A stretch of DNA of 64,000 nt. It comes from an uncultured Acidobacteriota bacterium. Its GTDB lineage: Bacteria > Acidobacteriota > Thermoanaerobaculia > Multivoradales > SZUA-115. Positions 10,573 through 20,604 of this stretch are shown in pieces (within the stretch, counting starts at the first letter, position 1; every line of letters begins with the position of its first letter). The DNA lies in NCBI GenBank assembly GCA_963805975.1, contig CAWDVR010000001.1:1216001-1280000 (forward strand), in the 5' to 3' direction. Both the position numbers and the translations under genes were made by a program. Below the pieces are notes generated by a model. The model was not told the DNA's origin, made no database searches, and saw only the letters and a program-made list of their open reading frames with translations.

Positions 10573-12992
10573 AGGGGCCTCCCTACGCCGAGGTCGCCGT
10601 CCCTGTCCCGTTCGCGGACTCCCTGACCTACAAGATACCGCCGGAGCTCGACGGCCTGGTGGCCGCGGGCCTGCGGGTGCGCGTTCCGGTCGGCCGGCGA
10701 CGGTTGAGCGGCGTCGTTCTCGAGCTTCACGACCGGCTGCCGGAAGCAGTCGAGCTGCGGGAGATCGAGGGCGTGCTCGACAGCGAGCCGGTGCTGCCCG
10801 CCGACCTGCTGGCCCTGGCCCGTTTCGTGGCCGGCTACTACCTGGCGCCCCTGGGTGAGGTGGTTCGGGCCATTCTTCCCGCCGACCTGCCCACCTGGGG
10901 AAGCCGCCGGGTCTGGCTGACCAGCCGAGGCGCTCTGGCGCGCCCGCGCACGGTGGACGAAGCCACGGTGATCGACCTGCTGCGCGATGCCGGGCGGCTC
11001 TCGGTCGCCGAGCTGCAACGCCTCTCCCGGGTGGCGGCGTTGGCGCCGGTCCTGGCCGAGCTCGAGGCCGGCGGACGCATCGCGGTCGGTGAGGGGCGCC
11101 GCGCGAGCTCGAGCCGTTACGTTGCCGCGGTCGAGCTGGCGGCCGGAGAGCCCGCGGCCCTCTTCGCCGCGTGCGGGCGCTCGGCGCCGGCGAAGGAAGT
11201 GGTGCAGCACCTGCTCGCGATCGGCCGCCCGGCTACGGTCGGAGAGGTCACGGCCGCGGTGGGCTGCGGCCCGGCAGTGATCCGGCGGCTGGCGGAGCTC
11301 GGGGTGCTCAAGCGCTTCTCGCAGATCGAGCGGCTGGGGCTCGATCACCACGTGCTCTCGCAAGTGCCGTCGGCGCCGTTCCTGCTCCGGCCGGACCAGG
11401 ACGCGGCCCTCGCCGCGGTGGTGGCGGCGCTCGCGGCCGGCCAGCCGGCCTCGTTCCTGCTCGCCGGGGTCACCGGCGCGGGGAAGACCGAGGTCTACCT
11501 GCGCGCCGCCGCGGCGGCGCTGGCGCAGGGGAGGTCGGCGATCCTTCTGGTCCCGGAGATCGCCCTCGTGCCCGCGCTGGCCGCCAGCGCGCGCGCGCGC
11601 TTCGGAGGCGAGCTGGCCATCTTGCACTCGGGCCTCGCCAGCTCCGAGCGGCACCAGGAATGGGAGAAGGTGCGGCGCGGGGAGGCGAGGGTCGTCCTCG
11701 GGCCCCGCTCCGCCGTGCTCGCGCCCGTCGCCAACCTGGGCCTGGTGGTGGTCGACGAGGAGCAGGACGCTTCCTACAAGCAGGACGTCGTGCCGCGCTA
11801 CCACGGCCGCGACCTGGCGCTGGTGCGTGCTCAGCAGGCCGGCGCCGTCGCCATCCTGGTCTCCGCCACGCCCAGCCTCGAGAGCCGCCACAACGTCGAG
11901 CGGGGCCGCCTGACCGCGGTGACTCTGACCGCCCGCGCGGGCCAGGGCCTGATGCCGGAGGGCATCCTCGTGGACCTCAGGCAGGAACCCGTGGCGCGGC
12001 GGCCCGGCGAGGTGGTCTTCTCGGCGCGGCTGGCGGCCGAGATCACGGCCGCGCTCGCGAGCGGCGACCAGGCGATCCTGCTCCGCAACCGGCGCGGCTA
12101 CTCGCCGCTCCTCCTCTGCCGGGCCTGCGGCGAGGACTTCCGCTGCGAGCAGTGCGGTCTGCCACGCACCTTCCACCGCCGCGAGCGGGCCCTGGTCTGC
12201 CACTACTGCGGTTCGCGGACGGCAGCGCCGAGCTCCTGCCCGACCTGCTCCGAGCCCGCGCTCGAGCCCGTCGGCGCCGGCACCGAACGGGTCGAGGAGC
12301 GTTTCGAAGAGCTGTTTCCGGGCACCACGGTCGCCGTGCTCGACCGCGACTCGCTGCGCCGGCCGGGCGGCGCGGCCGGCGTCCTCGAACGCTTCGCGCG
12401 CGGTGACGCGCAAGTGCTGATCGGCACGCAGATGGTCTCCAAGGGTCATCACTTCCCGCGCGTCGCGCTCACCGCCGTGCTGACTGCGGACGCCTACCTC
12501 GGCTTCCCGGACTTCCGGGCGGTGGAGAAGACCTACACCCTCCTGACGCAGCTCGCGGGGCGCGCCGGCCGAGGCGACCGGCCGGGGCGGGTGGTGATCC
12601 AGACCTACCACCCGGAGCACTACGCCATCCGTGCCGCGCTCACCGGCGACGACGCCGGCTTTGCCGCCGAGGAGATGCGCTTCCGCAGGGTGTTCCACTA
12701 TCCGCCGTACACCCGCATGGTCCAGCTCCTGGTGCGGGACAAGAACCGGCTGCGGGTCGAAGAGGCGGTGGGCGAGCTGGCACGCCGGCTGGCGGACCAC
12801 CCGTACTCGGAAGGGGTGCGCATCTCCGGCCCGGCGCCCGCACCGCTCGAGCGCCTGCGCAACGAGTGGCGCTACCAGATCCTGGTCCGCGGCAACTCGG
12901 GCAAGCGCCTGCGGCAGCTCATCGCCGCGGTCCTCTCGCCCCGGCCGGCGGTGGACGTGGCGGTGGACGTGGATCCGTATCAGCTCTTGTGA
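10569..12992 (+). CDS. priA: Primosomal protein N' (replication restart helicase)
   Basis: GVTGAGKTEVY, DEEQD, four CxxC Zn motifs, GTQMVSKG; conserved N-terminus YAEVAVPVP...LTY lies upstream of the annotated start at 10659. Confidence 0.95.
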   Translation: MKGPPYAEVAVPVPFADSLTYKIPPELDGLVAAGLRVRVPVGRRRLSGVVLELHDRLPEAVELREIEGVLDSEPVLPADLLALARFVAGYYLAPLGEVVRAILPADLPTWGSRRVWLTSRGALARPRTVDEATVIDLLRDAGRLSVAELQRLSRVAALAPVLAELEAGGRIAVGEGRRASSSRYVAAVELAAGEPAALFAACGRSAPAKEVVQHLLAIGRPATVGEVTAAVGCGPAVIRRLAELGVLKRFSQIERLGLDHHVLSQVPSAPFLLRPDQDAALAAVVAALAAGQPASFLLAGVTGAGKTEVYLRAAAAALAQGRSAILLVPEIALVPALAASARARFGGELAILHSGLASSERHQEWEKVRRGEARVVLGPRSAVLAPVANLGLVVVDEEQDASYKQDVVPRYHGRDLALVRAQQAGAVAILVSATPSLESRHNVERGRLTAVTLTARAGQGLMPEGILVDLRQEPVARRPGEVVFSARLAAEITAALASGDQAILLRNRRGYSPLLLCRACGEDFRCEQCGLPRTFHRRERALVCHYCGSRTAAPSSCPTCSEPALEPVGAGTERVEERFEELFPGTTVAVLDRDSLRRPGGAAGVLERFARGDAQVLIGTQMVSKGHHFPRVALTAVLTADAYLGFPDFRAVEKTYTLLTQLAGRAGRGDRPGRVVIQTYHPEHYAIRAALTGDDAGFAAEEMRFRRVFHYPPYTRMVQLLVRDKNRLRVEEAVGELARRLADHPYSEGVRISGPAPAPLERLRNEWRYQILVRGNSGKRLRQLIAAVLSPRPAVDVAVDVDPYQLL

Positions 12993-13058
12993 GGGCTCGG
13001 GGCTGCGCCGTCCTTTCGTTGACTCCCTCGAGCCCCGGATGCTAGTTTGCCTCAGCCC

Positions 13059-14012
13059 ATGCAGACCCCTGATTTCGCTTTCGAGACCCCCCTCGTCGAG
13101 CTTCGCCGGCGGATCGAGGAGCTGGAGGGCTATCCCGCCGGCAGCGGTCACGACCGCGAGCTGACCGACTTGCGGGCGAAGCTGAACAAGGACTCCGCGG
13201 AGATCTACGCCAAGCTCAACCGCTGGCAGAAGACCCTCGTCGCCCGGCATCCGGAGCGACCCTACACGCTCGACTACGTCGAGCGCCTGATGACCGACTG
13301 GATCGAGGTGCACGGCGACCGCGCGTTCGGCGACGACCACGCTCTGGTCGCCGGCTTCGCCCGCTTCGCCGGCCGCAGCGTGGCGGTGATCGGTCATCAG
13401 AAGGGCCGCAGCACCCGCTCGCGCATCCTGCGCAACTTCGGCCAGCCCCGGCCCGAGGGCTACCGCAAGGCGCTGCGGGTGATGAAGCTGGCCGAGAAGT
13501 TCGGCCTGCCGGTCCTCACCTTCGTCGACACTCCGGGCGCCTACCCGGGGATCGACGCCGAGGAGCGCGGCCAGGCGGAGGCCATCGCCCGCAATCTGAT
13601 CGAGATGGCGTCGCTCAAGGTGCCGATCCTGGTGACCATCACCGGCGAGGGCGGCAGCGGGGGAGCGCTGGCGCTGGGCGTGGGCGACCGCGTCTTCATC
13701 CTGGAGTTCGCCACCTACTCCGTGATCTCGCCGGAGGGTTGCGCGGCGATCCTGTGGAAGGAGCAGGACCGCAAGGCCGAGGCCGCCGAGGCGCTGCGCC
13801 TGACGGCGCCCGACCTCGCCGAGCTGAAGATCGTCGACGCCATCATCCCCGAGCCCGTGGGCGGCGCCCATGCCGATCCTACCGAGGCGGCGCGGCGGGT
13901 GGGGGAGGTCCTCACCACGGCGTTGAAGGAGCTGGAGGGCAAGAGCGTCGACGAGCTGCTCGCCGCCCGTTACGCCAAGTTCCGCGCTCTGGGAGTGTTC
14001 GAGGAGGGTTGA
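13059..14012 (+). CDS. accA: Acetyl-CoA carboxylase carboxyltransferase alpha subunit
   Basis: ARHPERP, DTPGAYPG, GEGGSGGAL, YSVISPEGCAAILWK. Confidence 0.97.
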   Translation: MQTPDFAFETPLVELRRRIEELEGYPAGSGHDRELTDLRAKLNKDSAEIYAKLNRWQKTLVARHPERPYTLDYVERLMTDWIEVHGDRAFGDDHALVAGFARFAGRSVAVIGHQKGRSTRSRILRNFGQPRPEGYRKALRVMKLAEKFGLPVLTFVDTPGAYPGIDAEERGQAEAIARNLIEMASLKVPILVTITGEGGSGGALALGVGDRVFILEFATYSVISPEGCAAILWKEQDRKAEAAEALRLTAPDLAELKIVDAIIPEPVGGAHADPTEAARRVGEVLTTALKELEGKSVDELLAARYAKFRALGVFEEG

Positions 14013-15703
14013 TCCCCCTGACCTCACAAACGGAGTGGCTGCCAGTGCCCGAGCCGCCGGCCGTTGCTCAGCTCATCCGGGACGGTCTGCCGGCAAGGCT
14101 GGCGCGGCTCCTGGCGCGCCGCGGCGTGTCCGACGCCGCGCAGGCGCGGGCCTTCCTCTCGCCGTCGCTCGACCAGTTGCACGATCCCCTGCTCCTCGCC
14201 GGGCTGCCCCAGGCCGTGGAGCGCCTGCTCCTGGCGTGCGAGCGCAAGGAAGCGGTGGCCGTGGTGGGGGACTACGACGTCGACGGGGTGAGCGCCACCG
14301 CTCTGCTGCTGGCGACGCTGCGGAGCTGCGGCCTCACCGCCCATCCCGTGCTGCCGCACCGGCTGCGCGAGGGCTACGGTTTCCAGCCGTTGCACGCCGA
14401 GCGTGCCGCGGAGCTCGGCTGCGGCGTGATCGTCACCGTCGACTGCGGGGTGGCGGCGCTCGCTGCGGTCGAGCGGGCCCGGGCGCTCGGCATCGATGTC
14501 ATCATCACCGACCATCACCTGCCCGGTGAAGCGCTGCCCACAGGCGTGGTGCTGGTCAACCCGCGCCAGCCCGAGTGCGCCTATCCCTTTCCAGACCTCG
14601 CCGGCGTGGGCCTGGCGTTCAAGCTCGCTCTGGCGCTCCTCGAGCGCGCCGGCCGGCCGGCTCCTTTCGAGGCGCTGCTGCGCGTCGCGTGCCTCGGCAC
14701 CATCGCCGACGTGGTGCCGCTCCTGGGGGAGAACCGCGTCATCGCCTCCCTGGGGCTCGCGGCGCTGGGCGCCACGCGCTCGGTGGGTTTGAAAGCGCTC
14801 ATCGCCGTGGCCGGCGTAAAGCCGCCTTTCTCGGCTTCCGACGTCGGATTCCGGCTCGGGCCGCGGCTCAACGCCGCCGGACGGCTGGCGAGCCCGGACG
14901 GCGCGCTCGAGCTGCTGCTCACGCGCGACCCGGCGCGCGCCGGCGTGCTGGCAGGCGAGCTCGAGCGCCACAACCGGGCTCGGCAAGAGGAGGAGGTCCA
15001 GGTTCTGGACGAGGCGCGGCAGATCGCCCTGGCGCGGACACCGCTGCCGCCGATCCTGGTCGCTTGGAGCAACACCTGGCACCGCGGCGTGCTGGGCATC
15101 GCCGCCGGACGCCTGGCCCGCGAGCTCTCGCGGCCGACCGTGCTGCTGTCCGCAGCCAACGGTTCTGCCGTCGGCTCGGGACGGAGCATCGCGGGAGTCG
15201 ATCTCCATGCCTTCCTCTCCTCGTTCCAACATCGCTGCGAGCGTTTCGGCGGCCACTCCCAGGCCATCGGGCTGTCGGTGCCTGTGCACGAGCTCGAGGC
15301 CCTGCGCCGCGACCTCGAGGAGGCGGCCGCCGAGTGGCCCGCGACGCTCCTCGCCCCGCGCCTCGAGTACGAGCTCGAGGTGGCGCCCGGCGAGGTGCAG
15401 GAGGGTTTGCTCGCCGAGCTCGCCCGGCTCGAGCCGCACGGCCAGTCGAACCCGCAGCCGCTGTTGCGCGTGGGCCCTCTGTGCCTGACAGCAGAGCCGC
15501 GCCTCTTCGGCCGCGGCCACCTCTCGGCATCCGCGGCCGGCGAGGACGGCGCACGCATCGGGCTCCTGGGTTGGCGCTGGCAAGAGAGGCAGGAGGCGCT
15601 CGCCGGCCGGTTCGAGGTCCTGGCTCACCTCGAGCGCGACGACTACACACAACGGCCCGTGCTCCGGCTGATCGACGCGCGGCCCTTCCCGGCCGTTTCC
15701 TGA
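14009..15703 (+). CDS. recJ: Single-stranded-DNA exonuclease RecJ
   Basis: GDYDVDG, TDHH, PRLNAAGRL, FGGH motifs; TTG start overlaps the accA TGA. Confidence 0.95.
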   Translation: MIPLTSQTEWLPVPEPPAVAQLIRDGLPARLARLLARRGVSDAAQARAFLSPSLDQLHDPLLLAGLPQAVERLLLACERKEAVAVVGDYDVDGVSATALLLATLRSCGLTAHPVLPHRLREGYGFQPLHAERAAELGCGVIVTVDCGVAALAAVERARALGIDVIITDHHLPGEALPTGVVLVNPRQPECAYPFPDLAGVGLAFKLALALLERAGRPAPFEALLRVACLGTIADVVPLLGENRVIASLGLAALGATRSVGLKALIAVAGVKPPFSASDVGFRLGPRLNAAGRLASPDGALELLLTRDPARAGVLAGELERHNRARQEEEVQVLDEARQIALARTPLPPILVAWSNTWHRGVLGIAAGRLARELSRPTVLLSAANGSAVGSGRSIAGVDLHAFLSSFQHRCERFGGHSQAIGLSVPVHELEALRRDLEEAAAEWPATLLAPRLEYELEVAPGEVQEGLLAELARLEPHGQSNPQPLLRVGPLCLTAEPRLFGRGHLSASAAGEDGARIGLLGWRWQERQEALAGRFEVLAHLERDDYTQRPVLRLIDARPFPAVS

Positions 15704-15707
15704 AGCG

Positions 15708-17855
15708 ATGGCCGGACAGCGATCGATCGTTCGTTTGCGGCGGGCCCTGCTCGGCCTCCTCGTGCTGCTCGTCGCCGGTCTCGCCGTCCTCTACTGGTTC
15801 GGGCGCTCCGGTCTCGAGCGCCCGCCCAAGGTGGCGATCGAGGAGGGCGAGCTGCCGGCCGACGATCTGACCTTCGCGGGCAAGGACTTCGACTTCAGCT
15901 ACGAGGAGGGCGGGCGGACGATCTTTGCTCTCCATGGGGACGACTTCCGGCGTGACCGCGAGGGCAACGTGGTGGTCGATCAGCTCGCGGTCCGGATCAA
16001 CACCGCCCAGGGAGATACCTTCGAGGTCGAGGGCAAGCAGGGCACCTACAACCAGGAGACGCAGGAAGCGGTCCTCGAATCCGGCGTCAAGGTCAAGAGC
16101 CCGTCCGGCATCGAGCTCGAGACCAGCAAGCTGCAGCTGACCCAGAAAGGCAGAGCCATCCTCGGCCAGGAGCCGATGACCTTCCGCTATCAGGAGAAGG
16201 CTCAGGGGCGCGCGGACCGGATGCGCGCCGACCTCGACGAGCGCCTGTTCATCCTCGCCGGCAACGTGCGGGTGGACAATGGCGCGGACGCCCCGGGGCC
16301 GTTCCGGATCCGTGCCGGCCGGCTCTATCTCGACCGCAACCAGCACCATGCGCGCGCCGATGGGGACGTGTTCGTCTCCTTCCTCTCGCACCGCCTGCGC
16401 GCGCCGCGCATCAACCTGTGGCTCACCGAGGACGACCAGACCGTGCAGTTCGTGCGCGCCGTACGGGGCGTGCGCGGACGGCTGGGGCTCCAGCCCTCGG
16501 CGAGCGCCGTCGGCCCGGTGCGCTTCGCAGGCCGGACTCTCTCGGCCATCTTCGCGCCGGACACCGGCGACCTCGCCCGCTTCGAGCTGGGCAGCAACGC
16601 GGCCGAGCCGGCGACGGTGATCTCGACCTCTCCCGGCGAGCCGGCGCGCAGGCTCGGGGCAAGCTTCATCAACGGCAACCTCGAAGGCGGCAACCTCACC
16701 CGGGCCGAGGCCCTGGGCGGGGTCAAGCTGGCGGAGCTCGCCACCTTGCCGCCCGAAGAAGCCTGGGACGCGGCGGCCGAGGCGGCGCCCGCCACCGAGC
16801 CGGCCGAGGAGAGCGGTGAAGACTCGGAGGAGAGCGAAGCGGAAGCAGCGAAGGCGGCGGCGCTGGGGAACGACTCGGTGGCGCTCGACGAGCTCGACCG
16901 CGGGGCACTGCGGCTCGCCACGGGACGCCGGGCCGAGGCGAGCTTCGGCCCCGACGGCCAGCTCGTCGAGGTCACGCTCTACGAGCGGGTGGACTTTCGC
17001 GACCCGCAGTTCCACGCCGTGGGCGACCAGGTGCGCTTCGACTACAGCAACGGCATCGGGGAGTTCCTCGGCAAGCCGGTGCGCGCCACCAGCGCGCGCG
17101 GCACTCTCACCGCGCCGCGCCTTCTCTATACTCAGCGCACCGGCCTATTGGTGGCGCAGGCCGGGGTCCGTGCCGAGCTCCAAGAAGAGACCGGGGCCGG
17201 CGTGCTCGGCGACAGCCCTCTGGCCGAGGGAGAAGGCCCTATCTTCGTGGAATCCCAAGAGGCTTTTTTTCGCGGCTCCTCCCGCTCGTTCCTCTTTCGC
17301 GGCAAGGTGAAGGCCTGGCGCGGCGAGAGCCTGGTCCTGGCCGACGAGCTCAAAGGAGACGAGGACACGGGCCAACTGACCGCTACCGGCAACGTGCGCA
17401 CGGTGACCAAGCAGCAGAGCGCACCGGCGCGTGGCGCCGCACCCCAACCGCCGGTGGAGGTCACCGCGGCGTCGATGCTCTACGGCAAGGCGGCACGCAC
17501 GATCGTCTACCGCACCGGAGTGAAGGCGGTGCAGGGCCAGCGGGCGCTCTCCTGCGACGAGCTGACCATCGAGCTCGACGACCGGCAGAAGCTCGAGGCC
17601 CTGGTGCTCACCGGCAACGCCAAGATCGAAGATCGCGAGACCGGCCGCACGGTGGTCGGCGACCGCGCCCGCTACGAGCCCGGGGCCAAGACCGTCACCG
17701 TGGAAGGCGAGCGGGCCACGATGCGCGACCGCGACGGCGCCGAGGTCACGGGCCAGCGGATCGTCTACGAGTTCGAGACCGGCAAGGCCCAGGTCACGGG
17801 CGCGCCGCCGGAACTTCCACCCGTCGGCTCCGCTGGAACCGGGAGCGGGCGATGA
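15708..17855 (+). CDS. Large LptC/LptA(OstA)-like LPS transport periplasmic protein
   Basis: N-terminal TM anchor, repeated beta-jellyroll-like segments (ATGNVR, LTGNAKI, GQRIVY), directly upstream of lptB. Confidence 0.75.
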   Translation: MAGQRSIVRLRRALLGLLVLLVAGLAVLYWFGRSGLERPPKVAIEEGELPADDLTFAGKDFDFSYEEGGRTIFALHGDDFRRDREGNVVVDQLAVRINTAQGDTFEVEGKQGTYNQETQEAVLESGVKVKSPSGIELETSKLQLTQKGRAILGQEPMTFRYQEKAQGRADRMRADLDERLFILAGNVRVDNGADAPGPFRIRAGRLYLDRNQHHARADGDVFVSFLSHRLRAPRINLWLTEDDQTVQFVRAVRGVRGRLGLQPSASAVGPVRFAGRTLSAIFAPDTGDLARFELGSNAAEPATVISTSPGEPARRLGASFINGNLEGGNLTRAEALGGVKLAELATLPPEEAWDAAAEAAPATEPAEESGEDSEESEAEAAKAAALGNDSVALDELDRGALRLATGRRAEASFGPDGQLVEVTLYERVDFRDPQFHAVGDQVRFDYSNGIGEFLGKPVRATSARGTLTAPRLLYTQRTGLLVAQAGVRAELQEETGAGVLGDSPLAEGEGPIFVESQEAFFRGSSRSFLFRGKVKAWRGESLVLADELKGDEDTGQLTATGNVRTVTKQQSAPARGAAPQPPVEVTAASMLYGKAARTIVYRTGVKAVQGQRALSCDELTIELDDRQKLEALVLTGNAKIEDRETGRTVVGDRARYEPGAKTVTVEGERATMRDRDGAEVTGQRIVYEFETGKAQVTGAPPELPPVGSAGTGSGR

Positions 17856-18583
17856 GCGAGTCGCGGACACTCTCGACGCGCGGCCTGCGCAAGGTCTACC
17901 GCGGGCGTGCCGTGGTCAACGACGTGTCGATCGAGGTCCAGCCCGGCGAGGTCGTGGGCCTGCTGGGTCCCAACGGCGCGGGCAAGACCACGACCTTCTA
18001 CATGGTGGTCGGTCTGACGCCGCCCGACTCCGGCAGCGTGTTCCTGGGCGAGGAGGACATCACCGAGCTCCCCATGTACCTGCGCGCCCAGCGGGGCATC
18101 AGCTACCTGCCGCAGGAACCTTCCATCTTCCGGCGCATGACGGTCGACAACAACCTGCGGGCCATCTTCGAGACCCTGGACCTGCCGCACGCCGAGCAGG
18201 AGCGGCGCATCGACCAGCTGATCGAGGAGTTCGGCCTGGGCAAAGTCCGGCGCAGTCAGGGCTATGCGCTGTCGGGCGGCGAGCGCCGGCGGGTCGAGAT
18301 TGCGCGGGCGCTGGTCATCAACCCCTGGTACATCCTGCTCGACGAGCCCTTCGCCGGCATCGATCCCATCGCGGTGCTCGATATCCAAGGTATCATTGGC
18401 CACCTGAGGAAGATGGGGATCGGGATCCTCATCACCGACCATAACGTGCGGGAAACACTGAAAATAACCGATCGCGCCTATATCATCAACAATGGCGCCA
18501 TCTTGCGTGCCGGCCCCCCTGCCGAGCTCTCCGCAGACCCCGAGGTGAGGAAGATCTACCTCGGCGAGGAGTTCCGTCTCTAA
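17852..18583 (+). CDS. lptB: LPS export ABC transporter ATP-binding protein
   Basis: [43 protein letters not shown]. Confidence 0.97.
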   Translation: MSESRTLSTRGLRKVYRGRAVVNDVSIEVQPGEVVGLLGPNGAGKTTTFYMVVGLTPPDSGSVFLGEEDITELPMYLRAQRGISYLPQEPSIFRRMTVDNNLRAIFETLDLPHAEQERRIDQLIEEFGLGKVRRSQGYALSGGERRRVEIARALVINPWYILLDEPFAGIDPIAVLDIQGIIGHLRKMGIGILITDHNVRETLKITDRAYIINNGAILRAGPPAELSADPEVRKIYLGEEFRL

Positions 18584-20157
18584 TGGCGTTGGAACAGAAA
18601 CTCTCCCTCAAGCTGTCGCAGCGGCTGGTGATGACGCCGTCGTTGCAGCAGGCCATCAAGCTGCTGCAGATGACCCGGCTGGAGCTCGAGGGCATCCTCA
18701 CTCAGGAGCTGGTCGAGAACCCCGTCCTGGAGGACAACGCCGAGGGGCCGGAGGAGACCGAGGCGGAGCGCCAGGAGGCCGAGGCCGAGCCCGAGCCCGA
18801 GGCCCCGGTGGTCGAGGACCCGCTCGACAAGATCGACTTCGAGGCCTACTTCAGCGACTACATGGAAGGGCCGACCTACGCCTCGACCTACGAGGAGCGG
18901 GAAGAGGCGCCGATCGAGAACAGCCTGATCCGCGAGCCGGACCTCTACGACCACCTGCTCTGGCAGCTTCACATGAGCGGTGTCGAGCCGGACCAGCGCC
19001 TGATCGCCGAGATGATCATCGGCAACCTCAACCCGGACGGCTTCCTGGTGGCGACGGTGGAGGAGATCTGCGGCATGCTGGTGGAGCCGGGGCAGAACGG
19101 CGCGCACGCCCCGGATCACCAAGCTCAGGTCGACCTCGCCCTCGGCCAGGAAAACGGCACGGAGCCGACAGCAGCGTCCGGCGAGGAAGCTGCTCCCCTG
19201 GAGCACGCGCCGGTCATCGACCAGGCGGTCTCGGCCCGGGTGGAGGCGGCGCTCGCGCTGGTGCAGAGCCTCGACCCGCCGGGCGTGGCCCGGCGCGACG
19301 TGCGCGAGTGCCTCCTTGCCCAGCTCGAGCACCGGGGCGAGGACCGGGACAGCCTGGCCTGGAAGATGATCGCCGACCACTGGGAGCTCTTCCTGCGGCG
19401 GCAGTTCGCGCAGGTCGCCAAGGCCCTGAACATCGAGCTCAAAGACCTCGAATCCGTGGTCGAGCTCATCCGTACCCTCGAAACCCGGCCCGGCCGCAAG
19501 TTCACCGCGGACCGCACGCACTACATCGAACCCGACGTCGTGGTGCGCAAGGTGAGCGACGAGTACGTCATCCAGTTGAACGACGACGGACTGCCGCGGC
19601 TGCGGGTCAGCCGCGCCTACCGGCGGATGCTGCAGCAGATGCGGATCGACGGCGGCGAGAACGAGGCCCAGCAGTTCATCAAGGACAAGATGCGCTCCGC
19701 GGTGTGGCTGATCAAGAGCCTCGACCAGCGGCAGCGCACCATCTACAAAGTGGCGGACTCGATCGTCCGCCAGCAGCGCGACTTCCTCGATCACGGCATC
19801 GAGCACCTGCGGCCCATGGTGCTGCGCGACGTGGCCGAGGACATCGGCATGCACGAGTCCACGGTCAGCCGCGTGGTGTCCAACAAGTACATCCATACGC
19901 CGCGCGGCCTGTTCCCCATGAAGTTCTTCTTCCACAGCGGCATCGACCGCGAGTACGGAGAGAACATCTCCTCGCTCACCGTCAAGCGCAAGCTCGAGCG
20001 GATCGTCGAGAGCGAGGATCCCAAGCAGCCGCTGTCGGACAGCGAGCTGATGCGCATCCTCAAACGCGAGGGCATCCAGATTGCACGCCGCACAGTGGCC
20101 AAGTACCGAGAGGAGCTCAACATCCCGTCTTCCACCGACCGCAAGCAGATTTTTTAG
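18583..20157 (+). CDS. rpoN: RNA polymerase sigma-54 factor
   Basis: MTPSLQQAIKLLQ, HESTVSR, RpoN box ARRTVAKYRE. Confidence 0.98.
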   Translation: MALEQKLSLKLSQRLVMTPSLQQAIKLLQMTRLELEGILTQELVENPVLEDNAEGPEETEAERQEAEAEPEPEAPVVEDPLDKIDFEAYFSDYMEGPTYASTYEEREEAPIENSLIREPDLYDHLLWQLHMSGVEPDQRLIAEMIIGNLNPDGFLVATVEEICGMLVEPGQNGAHAPDHQAQVDLALGQENGTEPTAASGEEAAPLEHAPVIDQAVSARVEAALALVQSLDPPGVARRDVRECLLAQLEHRGEDRDSLAWKMIADHWELFLRRQFAQVAKALNIELKDLESVVELIRTLETRPGRKFTADRTHYIEPDVVVRKVSDEYVIQLNDDGLPRLRVSRAYRRMLQQMRIDGGENEAQQFIKDKMRSAVWLIKSLDQRQRTIYKVADSIVRQQRDFLDHGIEHLRPMVLRDVAEDIGMHESTVSRVVSNKYIHTPRGLFPMKFFFHSGIDREYGENISSLTVKRKLERIVESEDPKQPLSDSELMRILKREGIQIARRTVAKYREELNIPSSTDRKQIF

Positions 20158-20213
20158 CGAAAGCTTCTGACCACTTCCGGCGCCACGAGCAGCCGGAGAA
20201 AGGAAGCAGCGCG

Positions 20214-20564
20214 ATGAACGTCGAGTACTTCGGACATCACTACCACGTCGACGACGACCTGCGCGGTTTCATCGAAGGTAAGCTCAAGAAGCTGAGCAAG
20301 TTCGTAGAGGACCCCATCGACGTCCGTGTCACCCTGGCCGCCGAGAAGTACCGCTACCTGGCCGAGCTCCAAGTCTCGCACCGCCACGGCGCTCTGCAAG
20401 CGACCGAAGAGCACCAGGAAGTGAGGGACGCGATCAACCTGGCGGTCGACAAGGTGGAGAAGCAGGCCCGACGCGCCAAGGCGCGATTCGTGGACCGCAA
20501 GCGCCGCGCCGATCCCCTGCATCAGCAGGAGCAGAACGTCGACCTCGTCAACCCGGAGCCGTAG
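20214..20564 (+). CDS. hpf: Ribosome hibernation promoting factor (short HPF/RaiA)
   Basis: KLKKLSKF...AINLAVDKVEKQARR; follows rpoN; AAGGA RBS-like element upstream. Confidence 0.85.
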   Translation: MNVEYFGHHYHVDDDLRGFIEGKLKKLSKFVEDPIDVRVTLAAEKYRYLAELQVSHRHGALQATEEHQEVRDAINLAVDKVEKQARRAKARFVDRKRRADPLHQQEQNVDLVNPEP

Positions 20565-20604
20565 TGCGCCACGTCTCTCAGCCCAGAGGTCGGAGCCAGC
20601 CCGG

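Noticed and set aside
10524-14027. Very long antisense ORFs (1167 aa here, 999 aa at 4756-7755, and many others)
   Set aside because: Shadow ORFs opposite clear genes in GC-rich DNA, with no recognisable motifs
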